Assembly (NCBI GenBank): GCA_040880005.1
Contig: JBBDJG010000015.1
Location: 61,588 to 125,587, forward strand
Length of the DNA stretch: 64,000 bases
Direction: 5' to 3'
Origin: Solirubrobacterales bacterium
GTDB taxonomy: Bacteria; Actinomycetota; Thermoleophilia; Solirubrobacterales; JBBDJG01
The translations under genes were made by a program, and so were the position numbers. Below, in pieces: positions 1 to 9,359 of this stretch. Each line of letters starts with the position of its first letter. Position 1 is the stretch's first letter. A model generated the notes under the pieces. It did no database searches. It saw nothing but the letters and a program-made list of their open reading frames with translations, and had not been told where the DNA came from.

Positions 1-1021
1 TCGTCCCCTCTCCCGGGACGGCGGCTACGCTGATCTCGACCGTGGACACGCCGTCGGTTGGAGGAGCCTTGCCCAGGGGGATCGACACCGTTGCCGTGTC
101 GCCCGCGGCAATCTGGGGGATCGCCGCGCTCGCTTCGATCTTCTGACTTCCCGCCGTCACGGTCACGCCGACGTCGACGGCCGTCTCGTCGGCGTCGCCT
201 TGGTTTTCCACCTGCACCTCGAATGTGACCGCCCCGGCAGCCGCGACGCGGTTGACCTCGCCCTCGGTCAACTCCGTGTCGCCCACGGCCGCAGAGCCGA
301 TCCCGGTGCCGTGCAGGCCGGGCGTGGCAGCTTCGGTCTCGGCCCCGCCGACCTTGTCGAGCTGCGTCTGAACGTACTTCGGGTCGAGCCACTGGAGTGT
401 CGGCAGGGCCTCGCTCTTGAGGAACTCGCGCTCTATTCCACGCTTCTCGAAAGCGCTCTGGAGGTCGGGGATCACTCGCGTCTGGTAGATGACGTCGCTT
501 GCCACCAGCCCCTGCATCTCCGCGGCGATTTGGTTGATCGCCGGGGTCCTGTCCTTCGTGCCCAGTGCCTGTGGCAGCGCATCCGCGATCTTCGAGATCG
601 ACTCCGAGCGAAACTCGAACGTCTCGACGAGCCATTCGTTGGCGGCCGCGACCTCACCGGGGTGGTCGGTGTCCTTGGCTCGCTTCACGAGCTGCTCGGC
701 GTCAACCCGTTTTGAGTTGACCTCGGTCTGCACGTCGAGCGTATCCGCGCTCTTCGGGGTCGAAAGTGCCTGGAAGAGAGCCTTGTCGATGGCGTTGGAG
801 TTTCCCACCAGCGAGTTGACGTCCGCTGCGTAGTCCTTGAATGCTTGGTCTTTGCGAGCTCCCAGGCAGCCCTTGATGCCAACGAACAGCAGAATCACCA
901 CGAGCAGCCCGACACCGCCGGCCACCAGTCGCCGGACGAGGATGGTCTGCTGGTCGGAGTCTTGGTGGTGGCCTCTGGGCCCGCTCCGCCGTACCGGCCG
1001 TTCGCCTTCTTGGAATGACAA
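1..1021 (-). CDS. membrane-anchored hypothetical protein; gene runs off the left edge; distal part CARDB/Ig-like
   Basis: Absent from ORF track because no stop lies in the window. Reverse frame is open from 1021 to 1 with strong G/C third-position bias. TTG at 1019-1021 follows an in-frame TAG and has AGGGAG 8 nt upstream. Translation ...DSDQQTILVRRLVAGGVGLLVVILLFVGIKGC (one TM helix) ... VTFEVQVENQGDADETAVDVGVTVTAGSQKIEASAAIPQIAAGDTATVSIPL (CARDB-like pattern). Confidence 0.6.
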   Translation of the reverse strand, partial: MSFQEGERPVRRSGPRGHHQDSDQQTILVRRLVAGGVGLLVVILLFVGIKGCLGARKDQAFKDYAADVNSLVGNSNAIDKALFQALSTPKSADTLDVQTEVNSKRVDAEQLVKRAKDTDHPGEVAAANEWLVETFEFRSESISKIADALPQALGTKDRTPAINQIAAEMQGLVASDVIYQTRVIPDLQSAFEKRGIEREFLKSEALPTLQWLDPKYVQTQLDKVGGAETEAATPGLHGTGIGSAAVGDTELTEGEVNRVAAAGAVTFEVQVENQGDADETAVDVGVTVTAGSQKIEASAAIPQIAAGDTATVSIPLGKAPPTDGVSTVEISVAAVPGEGT

Positions 1022-1241
1022 AAACGCCGCTCCCTATGCGCTTTCTGACCGCAAGAGTATGACTGCAAGGGCGGGTGTCTCGTCAAGTCTTGCCCGGCTG
1101 GCGGTCAGGGGCGTGCAGGGAGCGACCTGATCGGCACGAAAGCGGCTTGGCGAGGTCGGGGTTTGCCGTATGTAGGCTCTCGTAGCATTTCTGACGTAGA
1201 TCGGCGCTCAGGCGCCGCGACAGCGCAACGAGGAGCCGTTC

Positions 1242-2000
1242 GTGGGAGTCCTGCGCAGTATCGAGACCAAGCTTGAAGGCCTGCTCGAGGGAGGCTTCGG
1301 CCGTGCCTTCCGGGTGCGCGTGCAGCCACGCGAGCTGGCGCGCAGGCTTGCAAAGGAGATGGAGTCCTACAAGACCGTTTCGGTGTCGCGGGTCTACGTC
1401 CCGAACGAATACACGGTGTTCCTCTCGCGCGAGGATAGGCGTCAGTTCGAGGGCTATGAGCAAGCGCTGGTGGAGGAGCTGTCCTCGTATCTGCTCGATC
1501 ACGCGGCGCGGGAGAACCTGGCGCTGCTGACCAGGCCCAAGGTGGGGTTCGCGACCGACAAGCGATTGCGGATGGGGGAGTTTGGTATTCAGGCCCGGCT
1601 GGTCAAGCCACCCTCGGAGGAGGGCAAACAGGCATCGCAGGGCGACCTCGGCGCGACGATGGTCTATTCGGCCGCCGCGGTGCGGCGAGCCACGCAGGAG
1701 ACGCCGCCCGATCGCAAGCCGACGTCACGCGCGCTGCTGGTACGCGACGGACGCACCTTCGTTGTCGATCAGCCACACGCTGTCATCGGTCGCAGCCGCC
1801 GCTGCGATCTCGTCGTCGACGACGAAAACGTATCGAGGCGTCATTGCGAGTTGACGCTCAAGGGACGCGAGTGGTACGTCTCCGATCTCGAATCGACCAA
1901 CGGCGTGGCCGTGAATGGACGGCAGGTGTCCTCGGCGCGTCTTGCCCCCGGCGACGAGATCACGCTCGGCACTTCGAGACTGTGCTTCGACGTCGATTGA
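1242..2000 (+). CDS. fhaA: FHA-domain protein FhaA (DUF3662-type N-domain + C-terminal FHA)
   Basis: GTG-start 252-aa ORF. N-terminus MGVLRSIETKLEGLLEGGFGRAF is typical of the FhaA (Rv0020c) family. C-terminal FHA signature VIGRSRRCDLVVDDENVSRRHCEL...DLESTNGVAVNG. First gene of the conserved fhaA-fhaB-pstP-rodA-pbpA-pknB order. Confidence 0.9.
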   Translation: MGVLRSIETKLEGLLEGGFGRAFRVRVQPRELARRLAKEMESYKTVSVSRVYVPNEYTVFLSREDRRQFEGYEQALVEELSSYLLDHAARENLALLTRPKVGFATDKRLRMGEFGIQARLVKPPSEEGKQASQGDLGATMVYSAAAVRRATQETPPDRKPTSRALLVRDGRTFVVDQPHAVIGRSRRCDLVVDDENVSRRHCELTLKGREWYVSDLESTNGVAVNGRQVSSARLAPGDEITLGTSRLCFDVD

Positions 2001-2010
2001 GGCCCGCGTG

Positions 2011-2478
2011 ATGCTCGCCGCCGCGACCGACTCGCTCGAGGTTCTGCTCCAGTTTGCGTTCCTGGCGGTGCTGTACTTGTTCCTGCTGTGGATCGTGCGC
2101 AGTGCTCTTCGCGACATGCGCCGGCCGGCGACCGACCCCGGCGAGGAGCTGGCGCCGTTTCCAGGCGATGAGCGATCGAGGTCGAGCAAAGTGTGGCTGG
2201 TGGCAACCGCCGGCGGCGGGCTCGAGGTCGGGGACGCTTTCGAGATCGGCCAGGGGTTGACGATCGGGCGTTCGGTGGACAGCGCCTTGCGGATCGAGGA
2301 CTCGTACGCATCCGGCAAGCACGCCCGGGTATTCGAGCGCGCCGGCGCGGTCCACCTGGAGGATCTGCGCTCGACCAACGGCACTTACCTGAACGGGGAA
2401 CGCGTGGAGGGCGAGGTGGAGTTGCGCCCGCAGGACGTGATCCGCATCGGCGACACCGAGTTCCGCGTCGAGGAGTGA
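2011..2478 (+). CDS. fhaB: membrane-anchored FHA-domain protein FhaB/FipA
   Basis: Track ORF 1915..2478 trimmed to ATG 2011 (GTG 2008 also possible), just after the fhaA stop. N-terminal TM helix LLQFAFLAVLYLFLLWIV. FHA motif TIGRSVDSALRIEDSYASGKHARV...DLRSTNGTYLNG. Confidence 0.85.
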   Translation: MLAAATDSLEVLLQFAFLAVLYLFLLWIVRSALRDMRRPATDPGEELAPFPGDERSRSSKVWLVATAGGGLEVGDAFEIGQGLTIGRSVDSALRIEDSYASGKHARVFERAGAVHLEDLRSTNGTYLNGERVEGEVELRPQDVIRIGDTEFRVEE

Positions 2479-2480
2479 CC

Positions 2481-3656
2481 GTGCTGCGGATTGTCGAGGA
2501 GGCGGCGCGGACCGACACCGGCAGGCAGCGTCGCGCGAACGAGGACGCCTACTTTGCCCGCTCGCCCGTGTACGTGGTCGCGGATGGGATGGGCGGTGCG
2601 CAGGCCGGCGAGGTCGCTTCGAAGATCGCGACCGATGTCTTCGATCAAGGGCTTGCCGACGACGGTCCCGAACAGGCGCTGACGCAGCGCGTCCGGGAGG
2701 CCAACCGCCGCATCTTCGAGCTTGCGCGTGCGGACGAGTCACGCGCGGGCATGGGAACCACGTTGACCGGCGTGGCGCTGAGCGGCGACGAGGCCAGCAT
2801 CGTGCACGTCGGTGACAGCCGTGCCTATCTGTATCGCGATGGTGAGTTGCGTCAGTTGACCCGGGATCACTCGCTGGTCGAGGAGCTGCGACGTCAGGGG
2901 CAGCTGACGAGCGAGGAGGCAGAAGAGCACCCGCAGCGCTCGATAATCACACGCGCGCTCGGCCCCGAGCTCGATGTCGAGCTCGACGTCCACACTCATC
3001 AGGTCCGTTCGGGGGATGTGTTCCTGCTTTGCAGCGACGGCCTGACGAGCATGGTGCGCGAAGACGCCATCTGCGAAATCCTGGCGAGGCGAAGCTCGCT
3101 GGCCGAAGCGGTCGACCGGCTGATCGCCGAGGCAAACAGCAACGGGGGGCGCGACAACATCACGGTTGTCTGCTTTCAGATCGGCGGCGAGACCGAAAAT
3201 GGGTCCGAGTCGGCCGGATCGATCGGCGAAACGATCACCAACCTCAACGTGCGCGACCTACCGGCGGCCGAAGCGCCGGCCGAGGAGGCAGTCGAGGCCG
3301 GCAAGAAACGCCTGGTCGTCACACCTGCCACCGGCCGCAGGCGCTGGCCGCGCAGGGTCGCCGCGACGGTGGCTGCGTTGGCCGTGCTCGGCGGCGCTGC
3401 ATTCGGAGTCAACTACGCCCTTCACCACACCTGGTTCATCAGTCAGGACGACCACGGGTTGGTGGCGCTTTACCGGGGATTCCCGTATGAGCTGCCGGGC
3501 GACGTCAAGCTTTATTCCGAGCACTACGTCAGCTCGGTTCCATCTCGCAGTCTTTCGTCCACACAGCGCCGACGGCTGCTCGATCACCAGCTGCGCTCGC
3601 GCGAGGACGCAGCGGACGTGGTTCGAAGCCTGGAACTAGGAGAAAACCAAAGGTGA
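2481..3656 (+). CDS. pstP: PP2C-family Ser/Thr protein phosphatase with C-terminal TM anchor
   Basis: Track ORF 2193..3656 trimmed. GAGGAG at 2470-2475 lies 5 nt before GTG 2481 (GTG 2475 is an alternative). N-terminus VLRIVEEAARTDTGRQRRANEDAYF, then ADGMGG, LLCSDGL, GGRDNITVV motifs. TM segment AATVAALAVLGGAAFGV. Confidence 0.9.
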   Translation: MLRIVEEAARTDTGRQRRANEDAYFARSPVYVVADGMGGAQAGEVASKIATDVFDQGLADDGPEQALTQRVREANRRIFELARADESRAGMGTTLTGVALSGDEASIVHVGDSRAYLYRDGELRQLTRDHSLVEELRRQGQLTSEEAEEHPQRSIITRALGPELDVELDVHTHQVRSGDVFLLCSDGLTSMVREDAICEILARRSSLAEAVDRLIAEANSNGGRDNITVVCFQIGGETENGSESAGSIGETITNLNVRDLPAAEAPAEEAVEAGKKRLVVTPATGRRRWPRRVAATVAALAVLGGAAFGVNYALHHTWFISQDDHGLVALYRGFPYELPGDVKLYSEHYVSSVPSRSLSSTQRRRLLDHQLRSREDAADVVRSLELGENQR

Positions 3657-4969
3657 CCGCTCGCAACCGCGAGCTGCTGGGGCTGTTTCCGGTCGCGGTG
3701 CTGATCACGGCCGGCTTCACGGCCGTCTATATGACCCGCCAGACCGACCTCGACACGGCGACGCTGACCTACGGGGGCCTGTTCCTCGCGCTCTGCCTGG
3801 TCGTGCACCTGTTCATTCGTGCGACGCTGCCAAACGCCGACCCCTATCTGTTCCCACTCGCCGCACTGCTGGCGGCGTTCGGGCTCGTGATGATCTACCG
3901 CATCGACGCGACGCTGGCCCGCCAGCAGGCGGGGTGGTTCGTGGTCGGCATCGCCCTGTTCGGCCTGACCGTGCTGCTGCTGCGAGACGTGCGCGTGCTC
4001 GAGCGCTACCGCTATGTGATCGCGGTGGTGGGTATCGCGCTGCTCGCGCTGCCGCGCATGCCGGTGATCGGCAATCAGATCAACGGCGCCTACCTCAGCG
4101 TCGATCTCGGCTCGATCACCTTCCAGCCCACCGAGTTCGCGAAGATCTGCATCGTCGTCTTCCTCGCGAGCTATCTGGCCGAACGTGGCGAGTTGATGGT
4201 CACCGGCGCCCGGCGCGTCCTCGGTCTCACGATCCCGCCGCTGAAGTACATTGGTCCGTTGCTGGTGGTGTGGGGGCTGGCGATGCTGATGCTGGTCGTC
4301 ATCCGCGACCTCGGCAGCTCGTTGATGTTCTTCGGCGCGTTCCTCGCGTTGCTGTACGTATCGACGGGCCGTTTCTCGTTCGTGCTCGGCGGGCTCGTGA
4401 TGTTTGCGGTCGGCGCCTGGTTCTTCCAGCAACACATCGGTCATGTGCACGATCGAATCGAGATCTGGCTCGACCCGTGGCAGCATGCGCAGACAACGGG
4501 CTACCAGATCGTCCAGTCACTGTTCGCGCAGGCCGACGGCGGGGTCCTGGGTCGCGGGTTTGGTCAGTCGCTGATCCAGCTTCCCAGCGGCGCCGTCGTG
4601 CTACCGGCGCCCCAGACGGACTTGATCTATTCGGTGATCGTGAACGAGGTCGGCCTGTTCGGCGCGACGGCCGTCGTGGTCGTGTACCTGTTGCTGGCGG
4701 AGCGAGGCTTCCGCACCGCCGTGGTCGCACAGGACGATTTCTCGAAGCTGCTCGCAACCGGGCTGACGGCGGTGTTCGCGTTGCAGGCGTTCGTGATCGT
4801 GGGCGGAGTCACACGTGTGATTCCGCTGACAGGTGTCACGCTGCCGTTCATCAGCTATGGCGGCAGCTCTATCGTCGCCAACTTCGTGCTGCTCGCACTG
4901 CTGCTGATGGTGTCGCAGCGCGCTCGCGCGCCGCGCGCAGCCCACCGCAGCCCCGTGGTTTCCGAATGA
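3653..4969 (+). CDS. rodA: FtsW/RodA/SpoVE-family peptidoglycan glycosyltransferase
   Basis: 438 aa, multi-pass membrane protein. Conserved FQPTEFAKI and LTGVTLPFISYGGSS motifs. GTGA start/stop overlap with pstP. Confidence 0.9.
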   Translation: MTARNRELLGLFPVAVLITAGFTAVYMTRQTDLDTATLTYGGLFLALCLVVHLFIRATLPNADPYLFPLAALLAAFGLVMIYRIDATLARQQAGWFVVGIALFGLTVLLLRDVRVLERYRYVIAVVGIALLALPRMPVIGNQINGAYLSVDLGSITFQPTEFAKICIVVFLASYLAERGELMVTGARRVLGLTIPPLKYIGPLLVVWGLAMLMLVVIRDLGSSLMFFGAFLALLYVSTGRFSFVLGGLVMFAVGAWFFQQHIGHVHDRIEIWLDPWQHAQTTGYQIVQSLFAQADGGVLGRGFGQSLIQLPSGAVVLPAPQTDLIYSVIVNEVGLFGATAVVVVYLLLAERGFRTAVVAQDDFSKLLATGLTAVFALQAFVIVGGVTRVIPLTGVTLPFISYGGSSIVANFVLLALLLMVSQRARAPRAAHRSPVVSE

Positions 4970-4979
4970 GGCGCTCGGA

Positions 4980-6413
4980 GTGAACTCGCGCATTCGCTAC
5001 CTCTACGGGGTCTTCGTGCTGCTGCTGTTGCTGCTGATCGGCTTCACGTCGTACTGGTCCGTTTTCGACGCCGACTCGCTGCGCGCCAATCGCGACAACC
5101 GCCTGCCGCTGCTTCAGCAACAGCAGATCCGCCGCGGGGTGATCTATGCCGGCAACGAGACGATCGTGGCCCGCAACCGGGTTTCGGGCAGCGGCGGCGG
5201 ACGCTTCTACAGTCGTACCTACCCGACCGCATCGCTGTTCTCGCATCCAGTCGGATACAGCTTCGTGGACCAGGGCAGCGCAGGACTGGAGCGCTACTAC
5301 AACGACGAGCTGACCGGCGAGGGCGACGAGTTCGGGAACCTGCTCGACCGCCTGCGAGGCAAGCGACGCGAGGGCGACGATCTGATCACGGCGCTCGACG
5401 CTGACGCGCAACGAATCGCGCTGGCGGGCCTCGCCGGACGCGCCGGCGGTGTGGTCGCACTCGATCCGCGGACCGGGCGCGTGCTGGTGATGGCGAGTCT
5501 CCCCGGCTTCGACCCGAACGCCGTTCCGGAAGACCTCGCGAAGCTCAATCGCGACCCCGCCGCGCCGCTGCTGAACCGGGACACGCAGAGCGGCTACCCG
5601 CCCGGATCGACGTTCAAGGTGGTGACGGCGACTGCCGCCCTCGACAGCGGCAAGTTCACGGCCGACTCGGTCCTCAGCGGTCGCTCCCCACAGCGGTTCC
5701 AAAGCTTCCCGTTGAGCAACTTCAACAACCAGCAGTTCGGCGAGATAACCCTGACCCAGGCGTTGACGAATTCGGTCAACACCGTCTGGGCCCAGGTCGG
5801 CGAGGAGGTGGGCGCCGACACGCTCTACGAGTACATGAACCGGTACGGCTTCAATCGCAAGCCCCGCATCGACCTTCCACGCGACGAGCTGAGGGCGAGT
5901 GGGCTGTACGCGCCGAACGGCAAGCTGCTGTCGCCCTCGAACCCGATCGATGCCGCGCGCGTTGCGATCGGACAGGAGAGGCTTGCGGTCACGCCGTTGC
6001 AGATGGCCGAGGTCGTCGCCGCGATCGCCAACGACGGTCGGTTGATGCGCCCCTATATCGCCGAGAAGACGATCGACCGGGACGGTCGCACGGCACACGA
6101 GTACGAACCGAGCGAGCAGAGCAAGGTGATGAAGCCCACGACCGCCGCAACGCTGACTGACATGATGAAGCAGGTGGTAAGAGAGGGCACCGGCACGGCC
6201 GCTGCGTTGGCGGGAATCGACGTTGCGGGCAAGACCGGTACGGCGGAGAAGGGCGACGGCGTCAACCAGGCCTGGGTCATAGCCTTCGCGCCAGCGGATG
6301 CGCCGCGTGTGGCCATCGCGGTGACAGTCGAGCGCACGATCGGCACCGGCGGCGAGGTGGCGGCCCCGATCGCCAAGCAGGTGATGGAGACTTTGCTGGC
6401 GGAACAGGGTTGA
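4980..6413 (+). CDS. pbpA: class B penicillin-binding protein (transpeptidase)
   Basis: 477 aa. N-terminal TM anchor. Active-site motifs STFK (PPGSTFKVVTA), SVN (TNSVNT) and KTGT (AGKTGTAE). Confidence 0.9.
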   Translation: MNSRIRYLYGVFVLLLLLLIGFTSYWSVFDADSLRANRDNRLPLLQQQQIRRGVIYAGNETIVARNRVSGSGGGRFYSRTYPTASLFSHPVGYSFVDQGSAGLERYYNDELTGEGDEFGNLLDRLRGKRREGDDLITALDADAQRIALAGLAGRAGGVVALDPRTGRVLVMASLPGFDPNAVPEDLAKLNRDPAAPLLNRDTQSGYPPGSTFKVVTATAALDSGKFTADSVLSGRSPQRFQSFPLSNFNNQQFGEITLTQALTNSVNTVWAQVGEEVGADTLYEYMNRYGFNRKPRIDLPRDELRASGLYAPNGKLLSPSNPIDAARVAIGQERLAVTPLQMAEVVAAIANDGRLMRPYIAEKTIDRDGRTAHEYEPSEQSKVMKPTTAATLTDMMKQVVREGTGTAAALAGIDVAGKTGTAEKGDGVNQAWVIAFAPADAPRVAIAVTVERTIGTGGEVAAPIAKQVMETLLAEQG

Positions 6414-6444
6414 AGATGATGGATTTGATTCGAAACGAGAACAG

Positions 6445-8352
6445 ATGATGTCCGAGATAGCCGAGAACACGATCGTTGACGGGCGCTACCGCATAGTCGA
6501 GCGAGTCGGCTCCGGCGGGATGGCGGACGTCTATCTGGCCGAAGACACGCACCTGGGACGTCGCGTCGCACTCAAGCTCCTGCACTCGCGATTCGCTCAG
6601 GACAAGGAGTTCGTCGAGCGGTTTCGCCGCGAGGCGTCGGCCGCGGCGGGCCTTCAACATCCGAATGTGGTCGGCGTTTACGACCGCGGCGAGTTCGACG
6701 GCACCTACTACATCGCGATGGAGTACTGCGAGGGCGAGACGCTCAAGTCCGTCGTCGATCGCGAAGCGCCGCTCGACGCAGCACGCGCGATCCGGATCAC
6801 GAAGCAGATGCTGGTGGCGGCGCGCTTCGCACACAAGCGCGGCGTCATCCACCGTGACCTCAAGCCGCAGAACGTGGTCCTCGATTCGGAGGACAACGTC
6901 AAGGTGATGGACTTCGGTATCGCTCGACAGGGAACCTCGGACATCACCGAGGTCGGAGCGATCATGGGCACGGCGCAATACCTGTCGCCGGAGCAGGCGC
7001 AGGGAACCGAGGTGACGGCCGCCTCCGATCTCTACTCGATCGGCGTCGTCCTCTACGAGATGCTGACCGCTCACGCGCCGTTCGAAGGCGAAAGCGCGGT
7101 TGCCGTGGCGCTCAAGCACGTCAGCGAGATAGCTCGGCCCCCGCGCGACTACGTCCCCATCGCGCCGGCCGTCGAGGCGGTCGTGATGAAATCCCTCGCG
7201 AAGCTTCCGGCGGACCGTTACGGCGACGCCGACTCGTTCATCCGTGACCTCGATGCGGCGGCCCAGCGTCTGGAGGAGACGGTCTCGGGAGACACCGCAC
7301 GCTTCGCCGCCGTGCCCGTTCCGGTCCCGATCGCTGAAGCCGCGCAAGCGGCGACCACGCTGCCCGAACCCGAGCCGGTCGCCGGCGACGTGATCGACTA
7401 TCCGCCGCCCGTCGAGGAAACGCCGGAGGAGCGTGCGCGGCGTCGTCGTCGCAACGCGGCGATCTTCGCCGCCTGCGGAGGGCTCGCGGTGATCGCCGTT
7501 CTGCTCCTCCTGTTGCTGCGCTCGCCGGAGCAGCGCAAGGTGCCGCTGGTGATCGGCCAGACGCTTGCCGCGGCGCAGCAGGAGCTTCAATCGGCCGGCT
7601 TCGAGGTCGATATCACGCGTCGCGCCGATCCCCGTCCGGTCAACGTTGTGGCCGACCAGGTCCCGCGCGCGGACACCGAGGCGGACAAGGGCGCGACGGT
7701 TACGCTGATCGTCTCCAACGGGCCGGGAACCGTGAAGGTCCCCGATGTGATCGGGTTGAGCGAGTCGGTGGCACGCGATCGCATCAAGCGCGCCGGGCTC
7801 AAACCGGCCTTTCGCAAGGAAAGCTCGACCAAGGTGGCCGAAGGGCTCGTGATACGCACCGATCCCGGTGCCGACAACGCGATCGATCGCGACTCCGCCG
7901 TTGTGGTGTTCGTGTCGAGCGGAGCGAAGCTGGTGTCGGTTCCCGATGTGGTCGGGCTCGAATCCGGCGACGCCAAGCAACAGCTCTCGGCTGCGGGCTT
8001 CAACGTGGTTGTCGAGCAGAAGTCGTCGAACAAGCCCGACGGGACGGTGATAAGCCAGAGCCCCGCGGGCGGGCAGGAGGTCGATGAGCGTTCGACCGTC
8101 ACGATCACGGTGTCCAACGGCCAACTCGTGGAGGTTCCGGGCGTGGTTGGTCTCAGCGAGGGAGATGCCGCCTCGCAGATCGACGAAGCCGGCTTCAACG
8201 CGAGCGTGCGCACGAAGACCGTGACCGACCCCGACCAGGACGGGATCGTGCTGTCACAGTCGCCGTCGAGCGGATCGCAGCGCAGCAAGGGCTCAACCGT
8301 GACTCTGACGGTCGGGCAGTTCGAGCCCCCGGGGGGAGGAGGAACGCCCTGA
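6445..8352 (+). CDS. pknB: Ser/Thr protein kinase with four extracellular PASTA repeats
   Basis: 635 aa. Kinase motifs GSGGMADVY, VALK, HRDLKPQN, DFGIA. TM helix AIFAACGGLAVIAVLLLLLL. Four ~65-aa repeats of PASTA type (VP.V.G......A...L...GF). Confidence 0.92.
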   Translation: MMSEIAENTIVDGRYRIVERVGSGGMADVYLAEDTHLGRRVALKLLHSRFAQDKEFVERFRREASAAAGLQHPNVVGVYDRGEFDGTYYIAMEYCEGETLKSVVDREAPLDAARAIRITKQMLVAARFAHKRGVIHRDLKPQNVVLDSEDNVKVMDFGIARQGTSDITEVGAIMGTAQYLSPEQAQGTEVTAASDLYSIGVVLYEMLTAHAPFEGESAVAVALKHVSEIARPPRDYVPIAPAVEAVVMKSLAKLPADRYGDADSFIRDLDAAAQRLEETVSGDTARFAAVPVPVPIAEAAQAATTLPEPEPVAGDVIDYPPPVEETPEERARRRRRNAAIFAACGGLAVIAVLLLLLLRSPEQRKVPLVIGQTLAAAQQELQSAGFEVDITRRADPRPVNVVADQVPRADTEADKGATVTLIVSNGPGTVKVPDVIGLSESVARDRIKRAGLKPAFRKESSTKVAEGLVIRTDPGADNAIDRDSAVVVFVSSGAKLVSVPDVVGLESGDAKQQLSAAGFNVVVEQKSSNKPDGTVISQSPAGGQEVDERSTVTITVSNGQLVEVPGVVGLSEGDAASQIDEAGFNASVRTKTVTDPDQDGIVLSQSPSSGSQRSKGSTVTLTVGQFEPPGGGGTP

Positions 8353-9359
8353 GAGTCGCGGTCCTCGCCGGCGGCCGCTCGAGCGAGCACGAGATCTCGA
8401 TCGAGTCGGCCAAGTCCGTGCTCGACGGCCTCGAGGCGGGCGGGCACGAGGCGGTTTGCGTCCTGATCGATCGTGAAGGAGTGTGGCGCTGCGTCGATCC
8501 TCGCGGTGCGGAGAGCGCAGGCGATCCGATCGCGGTGACCCCCGGTCGCGGGCTGCTGGGGGCGAACGCGGTGTTCCCGGCGCTGCACGGTCCGTTCGGG
8601 GAGGACGGAAGCGTTCAGGGATTGCTCGAGCATCTCGACGTTCCCTATGTTGGCGCGGGCGTGCTCGGCTCGGCGCTCTGCATCGACAAGATCGCGTTCA
8701 AGCGTGCGATGGCGCAGGCCGGCATGCCGCAGGTGCGCTACGAGGCTTTCGGCGAGCGCGCGTGGTCTGCGAATCGCGAGGGCTGCGTTGAGCGAGCGGC
8801 AGCGCTCGGATTTCCGCAGTTCGTGAAGCCGGCGCGGCTCGGGTCGAGCGTCGGCATCTCCAGGGTCAGCGGCCCGCAGGAGCTGGAGCAGGCGCTGCAG
8901 CTCGCATTCGACCACGATCCGCGTGTGCTGAGCGAGGCTGCAGCGTCCGGCATCGAGGTGGAGATCTCGGTGATCGGCAACGACGAGCCGGTTGCCTCCG
9001 AGCCGGGACAGGTGGTCGCCAAAGGGGATTGGTACGACTTCGAGTCCAAGTACACGGACGGTGGCATGGACTTGGTGGTGCCCGCTCCGATCAGCGACGC
9101 GCAGCGTGAGCGGGTGCGCAACGTCGCCCGCAACGCGTTCGTCGAGTCAGGGGCCGCCGGGCTCGCGCGCGTTGACTTCTTCGTGACCGACGAAGGCCAG
9201 GTGCTGCTCAACGAGTTGAACACGATTCCCGGCTTCACCTCGACGAGCGTGTTCGCGCGTCTGTTCGAGACCGCGGGCATCGGCTACTCGGAGCTGCTCG
9301 ACCGCTTGCTGGACTACGCGATCGAGCGCCACCGGCGCGAGCGCGCGTTCAGGTTCTAG
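8349..9359 (+). CDS. ddl: D-alanine--D-alanine ligase, apparently CTG-initiated
   Basis: Track ORF starts at GTG 8418, but the frame is open upstream and encodes (L/M)RVAVLAGGRSSEHEISIESAKSV, the canonical Ddl N-terminus. The only plausible start is CTG 8349-8351, with AGGAGGA at 8337-8343 (5-nt spacing), overlapping the pknB TGA. ATP-grasp body FPALHGPFGEDGSVQGLLE ... NELNTIPGFT. Confidence 0.85.
   Translation: MRVAVLAGGRSSEHEISIESAKSVLDGLEAGGHEAVCVLIDREGVWRCVDPRGAESAGDPIAVTPGRGLLGANAVFPALHGPFGEDGSVQGLLEHLDVPYVGAGVLGSALCIDKIAFKRAMAQAGMPQVRYEAFGERAWSANREGCVERAAALGFPQFVKPARLGSSVGISRVSGPQELEQALQLAFDHDPRVLSEAAASGIEVEISVIGNDEPVASEPGQVVAKGDWYDFESKYTDGGMDLVVPAPISDAQRERVRNVARNAFVESGAAGLARVDFFVTDEGQVLLNELNTIPGFTSTSVFARLFETAGIGYSELLDRLLDYAIERHRRERAFRF

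Noticed and set aside
200-1130. Plus-strand track ORFs 200..715, 489..833 and 837..1130 at the left edge.
   Set aside because: The minus-strand frame across the same DNA is continuous to the window edge. It has a TM helix, a good RBS and much stronger codon bias, so the plus-strand ORFs are its shadows.
2193-2480. Long N-terminal extensions of track ORFs. Examples are 2193 for pstP, 16984 for capD-like, 47703 for the desaturase, 61049 for the methyltransferase, 16319 for purM, 17416 for uppP, 11329 for GH15 and 31752 for the PGT.
   Set aside because: The extensions overlap neighbouring well-supported genes, are Arg/Pro/Gly-rich, and lie upstream of internal starts that have an RBS and give family-typical N-termini. 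I trimmed the genes accordingly.
4869-6470. 533-aa minus-strand ORF covering the pbpA region. Similar cases are 3584..4486 opposite rodA and 6277..8124 opposite pknB.
   Set aside because: These are antisense shadows of genes with unambiguous motifs. Translations are Arg/Gly/Pro/His-rich low-complexity with no motifs. Long stop-free antisense frames are expected at this G+C content.
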